A DNA stretch of 64,000 nucleotides from Actinophytocola sp. (GTDB taxonomy: Bacteria; Actinomycetota; Actinomycetes; Mycobacteriales; Pseudonocardiaceae), in assembly GCF_035942955.1 (NCBI RefSeq), contig NZ_DASZCQ010000160.1, forward strand, positions 18,878-82,877, given 5' to 3'. The position numbers and the translations under genes are program-made. Positions within the stretch are counted from its first letter, which is position 1. The number at the start of each line of letters is the position of its first letter. Positions 57,760 to 64,000 of the stretch are shown one piece after another. Under the pieces are notes generated by a model. That model saw only the letters and a list, made by a program, of their open reading frames with translations. It was not told the DNA's origin and made no database searches.

Positions 57760-59142
57760 ATGGCGACGTTCAGGGCGGTGGTCACCACCGGCATCTACTG
57801 CCGGCCCGGGTGCGCGGCCAGGCCGCTCGCCGAGAACGTCCGCACATTCGAGCTGGCCGCCACCGCGGAGGCGGCCGGGTACCGCGCCTGTCTGCGCTGC
57901 CGCCCGTACCGGGTCGCCGGTCCGGTCAGCACCGATTCGCCGGAACTGATCTGCCGCGCGGTGCGGCTGATCCTCGACGGGGTGCTCGACGGCGGCACCG
58001 AGGGCACCCTCGGGGCTCGGCTGGCCGTGTCCCCGCGCCACCTGCGCAGGCTGTTCAACGACCACCTCGGCGTGACCCCGGACCAGCTCGCGCGGTCGCG
58101 CCGCGCGCACTTTGCCCGCCGGCTGCTGGACGACTCCGACCTCGCCGTCGCCGACGTGGCGTTCGCCTCGGGGTTCGGCAGCCTGCGGCAGTTCAACCGC
58201 GAGATGCGCCAAGTGTTCCTGGCCTCGCCGAGCGAGCTGCGGATGCGCAGGCGCCGGGCCGACCGGCTGGCCGCCGACGGCGGGCTGGCGATGCGGTTGC
58301 CGTTCCAACCGCCATTCGACTGGGACGGCATCCTCGGCTACCTTGCCGATCGGGCAGTGCCGGGTGTCGAGTCGGTCGACGGACGCGGGTACCGGCGGAC
58401 GATCAGCCTGGACGGCGATGCGGGCATGCTGGAGGTGCACCCGGGCGACCAGGGCAATCTCGTTCTGCGGGCGCACCTGCCGTACTGGGAGGGGCTGATC
58501 CACGTCGTGGAACGGGCGAGCCGGATGGTCGGGATCGACGTGGACAACGGCCCGGCGGTGGCTGCTCTGTCGGCAGATCCGGTGATCGGGCCACTGGTGT
58601 CCGCCCGGCCGGGGCTGCGGGTACCCGGCGCGTGGGGCGAATTCGAGGTGGCCGTGCACACCGTCATCGCCCAGCACTGCGGCCTGCCGATGGCCAGGAG
58701 CCGGATGGGCGCGCTGGTCCGGCGATTCGGACAGCCGGTGCCCGGCCTGACCCACGGGCTGACCCACCTTTTCCCGTCGGCCGAGGTGCTGGCGGGTGCG
58801 GACATCACCGAGCTCGGCCTGCCTTACCGCACCGCCGTTGCCGTCCGGGCGCTGGCCGAGCACGTGGCCGCGGGGGACGTCGTGCTTGACAGCGGCGCCA
58901 TCACGGCCGAGCTGGTGTCCTGCCTGTCCGCGATCGAGGGGATCGGCGCGGATGCCGCCGAGCAGATCGCGCTGCGCCTCGGCCAGCGGGACGCGTTCCC
59001 GCACAGCGCTCCGTACGTCCGCCGCGCGTTGCGGGAACTCGGCGTCCTAGAACCGGTTCTGGTCGCCGAGGGGTGGCGGCCGTGGCGCGCGGTCGCGGTG
59101 GCGCACCTGACCGCCTACGGGGCCGCGGCCGGAGCCAGGTGA
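57760..59142 (+). CDS. Ada-type methylphosphotriester sensor / AraC HTH fused to AlkA-like HhH-GPD domain
   Basis: ORF of 460 aa with 'YCRPGCAARP...ACLRCRP' (Ada Zn site), the AraC HTH 'FGSLRQFNREMRQVF', and the HhH 'IEGIGADAAEQIALR'. Confidence 0.8.
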   Translation: MATFRAVVTTGIYCRPGCAARPLAENVRTFELAATAEAAGYRACLRCRPYRVAGPVSTDSPELICRAVRLILDGVLDGGTEGTLGARLAVSPRHLRRLFNDHLGVTPDQLARSRRAHFARRLLDDSDLAVADVAFASGFGSLRQFNREMRQVFLASPSELRMRRRRADRLAADGGLAMRLPFQPPFDWDGILGYLADRAVPGVESVDGRGYRRTISLDGDAGMLEVHPGDQGNLVLRAHLPYWEGLIHVVERASRMVGIDVDNGPAVAALSADPVIGPLVSARPGLRVPGAWGEFEVAVHTVIAQHCGLPMARSRMGALVRRFGQPVPGLTHGLTHLFPSAEVLAGADITELGLPYRTAVAVRALAEHVAAGDVVLDSGAITAELVSCLSAIEGIGADAAEQIALRLGQRDAFPHSAPYVRRALRELGVLEPVLVAEGWRPWRAVAVAHLTAYGAAAGAR

Positions 59143-59255
59143 TGAACCCAGCGTAGAGTCGCCAAACGCCGCTATGGCACCGATTTTCCGGGCACGGGCC
59201 GGACATGCGTTGCCGTGCAAGAACGTTGTCGAGTGAGAACACAGAGGAGAGAAGC

Positions 59256-60089
59256 GTGGTAGACAAGGCGCAGCAAGCCAAGGCGGAGTCGTTGCGGTCG
59301 CTGCACGGTAGCGGGGTTCTCGTTCTGCCCAACGCGTGGGACGCGGGCAGTGCGGCGGTGATCGCGGCGGCCGGGGCGAAGGCGATCGCCACGACGAGCG
59401 GTGGGGTCGCCTGGTCGCTGGGCCGCACCGATGGACACGGGCTGACCAGGGAGGAGATGGTCGAGCAGGTCCGGCGGATCGCGGGCGCGGTGGACGTCCC
59501 GGTGACGGCCGACGTCGAGGGCGGGTACGGCCCGACACCCGATGACGTGGCCAAGACCGTCGAGGCGGTCGTCGAGGCCGGCGCGGTGGGCGTGAACATC
59601 GAGGATTCGCGTGCCCCCGGCGGGCCGCTGTTCGAGGTGCGGGAGCAGGCCGAGCGGCTGCGCGCGGCTCGTGCCGCGGCGCGGCGGGCCGGGCTGCCCG
59701 AGCTGGTGATCAACGTGCGCACCGACGTCTTTCTGTTCGGCATCGGCGAGCCGGCGGGCCGGCTGGACGACGTGATCGCCAGGGCCGCCGGATACGCGGA
59801 GGCGGGCGCGGACTGCCTGTTCGTGCCCGGCCTGATCGACCTGGACGCGCTGGCCTCGCTGGTGAACGCGACTTCCCTGCCGGTCAACGTGATGGCGTGG
59901 CCGGGCGCGCCGACCGTCGCCGAGTTCGAGGCTGCGGGGGTGCGCCGGGTGAGCCTCGGCACCGCCGTCACCCAGGCGGCCTACACCCTCGCCCAGCGCG
60001 CGGCCGCCGAGGCGCTGACCAAGGGCACGTACGACGAACTGGACGGCGCACTCGACTTCGGCACCCTGAACGGCTTCTTCGCTCGCTGA
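59256..60089 (+). CDS. isocitrate lyase/PEP mutase superfamily protein (methylisocitrate lyase / oxaloacetate decarboxylase-like)
   Basis: From ORF 59205..60089; a GTG at 59256 follows AGAGGAGAG. Motifs: 'LPNAWDAGSA', 'ADVEGGYG', 'GVNIEDS'. Confidence 0.75.
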   Translation: MVDKAQQAKAESLRSLHGSGVLVLPNAWDAGSAAVIAAAGAKAIATTSGGVAWSLGRTDGHGLTREEMVEQVRRIAGAVDVPVTADVEGGYGPTPDDVAKTVEAVVEAGAVGVNIEDSRAPGGPLFEVREQAERLRAARAAARRAGLPELVINVRTDVFLFGIGEPAGRLDDVIARAAGYAEAGADCLFVPGLIDLDALASLVNATSLPVNVMAWPGAPTVAEFEAAGVRRVSLGTAVTQAAYTLAQRAAAEALTKGTYDELDGALDFGTLNGFFAR

Positions 60090-60200
60090 TCCGCCCACGG
60101 CGTTTCCTCGGTTGATTGTCCGGCTCGGTCAATCCTTTCGGCCAACCGGCCAGGTGGCTTGAATCGGAAGACATCAGCGCAGCCGAGGGAAAGCGATCGA

Positions 60201-61445
60201 ATGACAGCCACATATGTTCCGCCCAGCCCGGCCGGGGCAGGTACCGATCCGGTGGCACCTGCCTCGTCCGCGGCGGAGATCCTGGCCCGTGCCAAGGCAG
60301 TCGCGCCGCTGCTGCGGGAGCGCGCAGCCGAAATCGAGCGCGAGCGGCGGTTGCCTGCCGACGTGGTGGAGATGCTGCGCGGCACGGGCGTGTTCCGGAT
60401 GGGGTTCGGCCGGAGCTGGGGCGGTCCCGAGCTGAGCTCGATGGAACAGACCGAGGTGATCGAGGCACTGTCCTATGGGGACGCGGCCGCCGGCTGGTGC
60501 GCGATGATCGGCTCGGACTCCGGGTTGTACGCCCAGTTTCTTGACGAGTCGGTCGCCAAGGAGATGTTCACCAGCCTGGACATGGTCACCGCGGGACTGC
60601 TGTTCCCCACCGGCCGGGCCGAGCTGGTCCCCGGCGGTTACCGGCTCACCGGCCGCTGGCAGTTCGGCAGCGGCATCACGCACGCCGACTGGGTGATCTC
60701 CGGGGCGTTCATCTACCGGGACGGACAGCCGGAGCCGGGCCCGGACGGCGACCCGCACGACTCGAAGCTGTTCATCGTGCCGAGCGCCGACGTCGAGGTG
60801 ATCGACACCTGGCACAGCACCGGCCTGGCCGGCAGCGGCAGTTGCGACTACACCATCACCGATGTGTTCGTGCCCGAGAGCCGCACCGTCACCTTCGACG
60901 CCGTGCGCAACGGCGCGGGGCCGCTCGCCCAGCCGGAGGTGCACATGCGCAACATGCCTGGCGTACCGCTCGGTGTCGCCCGTGCCGCGTTGGACCACGT
61001 CCGCGAGATCGCCGCCACCCGCGTGAGCCCGGTGACCGGTGCGATGGCCGACGACTACCGCACCCAGGTCACCATCGCCGACTGCGAGGCCGACCTCGCC
61101 GCCACCAGGCACGCGGTGTACGCCGCCATGCGCCGGCAGCACGACGTGCTGGCCGCGGGCGGCACGCTTGAGGACCTCACCCCGAACGAGCGGGCCGCGC
61201 TCCCGCTGTCCCGTAGGCACGCCTTCCGCACCGCGCGTTCGATCGTGGCCCGGCTGTACGACCTGCTCCAGACCACCTCGATCTACCAGCGGTCCCCGAT
61301 GGACCGGTGGCTGCGGGACACGAACACGATGTGCCAGCACATCGTGGCCCAGGACCGCATCCTGCAGTCTGCGGGTGCCTACCTGCTGGGCGGCAAGCCT
61401 TCGTTCGCGCTGTCGCTCGGCATCACCGGGGCGACCGGCCGCTGA
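60201..61445 (+). CDS. acyl-CoA dehydrogenase-fold flavin-dependent monooxygenase/oxidase
   Basis: From ORF 60159..61445 (ATG at 60201). It has the group D flavoprotein pattern 'TGRWQFGSGITHADW', 'WHSTGLAGSGS'. Confidence 0.7.
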   Translation: MTATYVPPSPAGAGTDPVAPASSAAEILARAKAVAPLLRERAAEIERERRLPADVVEMLRGTGVFRMGFGRSWGGPELSSMEQTEVIEALSYGDAAAGWCAMIGSDSGLYAQFLDESVAKEMFTSLDMVTAGLLFPTGRAELVPGGYRLTGRWQFGSGITHADWVISGAFIYRDGQPEPGPDGDPHDSKLFIVPSADVEVIDTWHSTGLAGSGSCDYTITDVFVPESRTVTFDAVRNGAGPLAQPEVHMRNMPGVPLGVARAALDHVREIAATRVSPVTGAMADDYRTQVTIADCEADLAATRHAVYAAMRRQHDVLAAGGTLEDLTPNERAALPLSRRHAFRTARSIVARLYDLLQTTSIYQRSPMDRWLRDTNTMCQHIVAQDRILQSAGAYLLGGKPSFALSLGITGATGR

Positions 61446-61609
61446 CGCCGGACGGCGCCTTGGCGGACGCGCAATTCCTTTCAGTACAAGGCGATCGTCG
61501 GCGAGATAGTTCGTCCCAAATGGACAGATGTGCGATCGCCGTACAGACACAAGGATCTCGGCGAGCTCGCCGCCCGGCGGGCGAGCCGACCAAATAGTCA
61601 GGTGGGAAT

Positions 61610-62896
61610 GTGACTGGGCAAGATGTCGATGTTCTGATGATCGGAGCAGGGCCGGCGAATCTGGCGCTCGCGGTTGCGATCGAGGAGTCCGGTGCGCTCC
61701 AGGTGGCTGAGAACGCCCTGATGCTGGAGCAGTATCCGGACATCAAGTGGCAGCGCGACCTGCTGCTGCCGTGGGCGCGCAGCCAGGTGTCCTTCCTCAA
61801 GGACCTGGTGACCCTGCGGAACCCGCGGAGCCGCTTCTCATTCCTGAACTACCTGCACCAGCAGGGGCAGCTCGACGACTTCGTGAACCTGTCCACCTTC
61901 AACCCCTACCGCTGGCAGCTGTCGGCCTACCAGCAGTGGGTCGCCGAGAGCCTTGAGCACGTCCGGATCCGCTTCAATGCCCGCACCGAGCGGATCGACC
62001 CGCGGTACGCCGAGGACGGCTCGATCAACGGGTGGACCGTCACCCTGTCCGACGGCGACACCATCGGCTGCCGCGATCTGGTCGTCGGCACCGGCAGGGA
62101 CGTGCACATCCCGGAGGTCTTCCGCGACGTGCCCGCGGACCGCGTCGTGCACAGCACCCGGTACGCCAGCAGGGTCACCCGGCTGGCGCCGACCGAGCGG
62201 CCGCTGCGCCCGGTGGTCATCGGTGGTGCGCAGAGCGCCGCGGAGATGTTCATGGCGCTGCACCAGGACATCCCGGACTGCGAGCCCACGATGATCATGC
62301 GGTCGGTCGGGCTGAAGAACTACCAGACGAGCAAGTTCGTCAACGAGCTGTTCTACCCGTCGTTCGTCGACGAGTTCTACAACATGCCGCCGGAGACGCG
62401 GATGCAGGTGCTCGACGAGATGCACCTGACCAACTACGCCGGCCTGGCGCCGCCGTTCCTGGATGAGATCTACTCGATGCTGTACCAGCAGAAGATGCTG
62501 GGCCGGCAGCGGTCAACGGTGCGGCACATGACCGAGGTCGTCGGCGCCCGGATGGACCACGACGAGGTCGTGCTCGACCTGCGCGACCGCAAGACCGGCA
62601 AGATCGAGCCGCTGCGCTGCGACGTGGTGTTCCTCGGCACCGGGTACGCCCCCCGGATGCCCGCCATGGTGGCCGACCTGGCGAAGCGGGTCGGGATAGC
62701 GGACATCAACGTCAGCCGGCGCTACCGGGTGGACCTCGGTGACTCGGCCTGGGGTGCGATCTACCTGCAGGGGGTCAACGAGCAGACCCACGGCATCGCC
62801 GACTCGCTGATCAGCGTGCTGGCCCACCGCTCCCAGGAGATCACCGAGGACCTGCTCGACCGGCGGGCGGTCGCCGAAGCCGCCGTGGAGGTGTGA
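61610..62896 (+). CDS. L-lysine/L-ornithine N-hydroxylase (SidA/IucD/PvdA family flavin monooxygenase)
   Basis: ORF of 428 aa with 'IGAGPANLALA' (FAD), 'IGGAQSAAE' (NADPH) and 'FLGTGY'. Confidence 0.85.
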   Translation: MTGQDVDVLMIGAGPANLALAVAIEESGALQVAENALMLEQYPDIKWQRDLLLPWARSQVSFLKDLVTLRNPRSRFSFLNYLHQQGQLDDFVNLSTFNPYRWQLSAYQQWVAESLEHVRIRFNARTERIDPRYAEDGSINGWTVTLSDGDTIGCRDLVVGTGRDVHIPEVFRDVPADRVVHSTRYASRVTRLAPTERPLRPVVIGGAQSAAEMFMALHQDIPDCEPTMIMRSVGLKNYQTSKFVNELFYPSFVDEFYNMPPETRMQVLDEMHLTNYAGLAPPFLDEIYSMLYQQKMLGRQRSTVRHMTEVVGARMDHDEVVLDLRDRKTGKIEPLRCDVVFLGTGYAPRMPAMVADLAKRVGIADINVSRRYRVDLGDSAWGAIYLQGVNEQTHGIADSLISVLAHRSQEITEDLLDRRAVAEAAVEV

Positions 62897-63273
62897 CCGA
62901 CATGATCGAGATCCGCAACCTGGACCGGGCCAACCTCACCAAGGCGTACGGCCTGGACTCCCAGCGCCTGTTGCCCTGGCCCGCGCTCAACGCCCCGTTC
63001 GAGGGTGCGTGGTGCATCCTGCGCTCCGGCGACGAGTCCACGCCGCACTCCCACCACGAGTACGAGATCTTCATCGCGATGTCGGGCGCCGCCCAACTGG
63101 ACGTCGACGGGCAGCGGTATGACTTCGTCGCCGGCGACATCGTGCACCTGCCCCCGGGCTGCACGCACAAGGTCGTCAACGACAGCCCGGCCGACTTCGA
63201 GTACTACGGCATCTGGTGGGACACCGAGATGTCCGAGAAGTTCCTCGCCATGCACGAGGAGCAGTCCAGATGA
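62893..63273 (+). CDS. cupin domain protein
   Basis: ORF of 126 aa with the 'HSHHEYEIFIAMSG' and 'GDIVHLPPGCTHK' cupin motifs. It overlaps both neighbours by 4 nt. Confidence 0.8.
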   Translation: MTDMIEIRNLDRANLTKAYGLDSQRLLPWPALNAPFEGAWCILRSGDESTPHSHHEYEIFIAMSGAAQLDVDGQRYDFVAGDIVHLPPGCTHKVVNDSPADFEYYGIWWDTEMSEKFLAMHEEQSR

Positions 63274-64000
63274 GCCGGACGACGCTGATCATCTCGCCGG
63301 CCCCCACGGCCAACGGCGATCTGCATCTCGGCCACATCGCCGGCCCGTTCCTCGCAGCCGACGTCCACACCCGCTACCTGCGGGCCACCGGCCGCAACGT
63401 CCTACTGGCCACGGGGTTCCAGGACACCTCGACCTACGTGGTCACCACCGCGCGGCGGCTGGGCATGACGCCGAAGGCGCTCGTGGCCAGGTCGGCGGAG
63501 CAGATCGAGACGACCCTGGCCGCGGTCGGGGTCGGCGTCGACGGGTTCACCGGCGACGAGGACCGGTTCGTCAAGACGGTGCTGGGGTTCATGGAGCAGT
63601 TGCACGCCGCCGGCAAGTTCGAGCTGCGCACGATGACCTTCCCGTACTCGCCGGCGACCGGTGAGTACCTTGTGGACGGTTACGCGCGGGGCGGCTGCCC
63701 GCTCTGCCTCGCCGACGGGTGCGCCGGACTGTGCGAAAGCTGCGGCAACCCGATCGCCGCGGGTGACCTGATCGATCCGAAGTCGACGATGAACCCCGAC
63801 GACCCGGTGGAGCTGCGCGAGGCACAGGTGCTCGTGCTGCCCATGGAGCGGTACCGCGGGCGGATCCGCGCGCACTTCGCCGAGCACGGCAAGGCGATGC
63901 GTCCGCACATGGTCCAGGCGATCGAGGAGATGCTGTCCCGGCCGCTACCGGACTACCCGATCACCTACCCGATCTCGTGGGGCATTCCGGCGCCGTTCCA
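63270..64000 (+). CDS. methionyl-tRNA synthetase-like class I ligase (standalone paralogue); 3' end lies outside the window
   Basis: The frame is open from the ATG at 63270 (ATGA overlap) to the window end. Motifs: 'PAPTANGDLHLGHIAG' (HIGH) and the 'CPLCLADGCAGLCESCG' zinc knuckle. Confidence 0.8.
   Translation, partial: MSRTTLIISPAPTANGDLHLGHIAGPFLAADVHTRYLRATGRNVLLATGFQDTSTYVVTTARRLGMTPKALVARSAEQIETTLAAVGVGVDGFTGDEDRFVKTVLGFMEQLHAAGKFELRTMTFPYSPATGEYLVDGYARGGCPLCLADGCAGLCESCGNPIAAGDLIDPKSTMNPDDPVELREAQVLVLPMERYRGRIRAHFAEHGKAMRPHMVQAIEEMLSRPLPDYPITYPISWGIPAPF

Noticed and set aside
59256-60089. A PEP mutase marking a phosphonate (fosfazinomycin-like) cluster next to the hydrazine genes.
   Set aside because: The protein has 'NIEDSRAPGG' rather than the PEP-mutase-specific EDKxxxxxNS motif, so it looks like a methylisocitrate lyase/oxaloacetate decarboxylase-type member.

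Overview
This is a gene-dense, high-GC actinobacterial chromosomal segment; many long antisense ORFs in the track are GC artefacts. From 1 to 26.8 kb it is conserved core: a PDR-type reductase, a GATase1 protein, DUF3145, a secreted S8 protease, an ACC-deaminase-family enzyme, a crcB pair, lsr2, pntAA-pntAB-pntB, the fasR-fabD-fabH-acpP-fabF-carboxyltransferase fatty-acid operon, aceE, DUF3052 and ahpE. A small low-GC insertion (GrpB, NTase-like, Crp-family) lies next to tandem remnants of a gene 3' end. tRNA-Val(TAC) at 26739-26813 marks the switch to accessory DNA, which holds decayed XRE/DUF397 and integrase remnants. The main feature there is an unusual type VII secretion-like locus. On the minus strand it reads FHA-HTH regulator, WXG100, and a 1480-aa ubiquitin-like/FHA/3xFtsK EssC-like ATPase. 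That ATPase is translationally coupled to a tandem pseudokinase-kinase, MoxR, DUF58 and a catalytically dead transglutaminase-like membrane protein. Divergent from this operon are an orphan 4xPASTA surface protein and a WXG-like/EspG-like/bifunctional peptidoglycan hydrolase effector module. No EccB/D/E or MycP genes are visible. After it come low-GC toxin-like and degenerate-Fic genes, a STAND regulator and ada/alkA. At the right edge is a lysine N-hydroxylase + cupin + MetRS-like set that matches the known hydrazine (N-N bond) forming machinery. All family calls come from motif recognition by eye; no searches were run.
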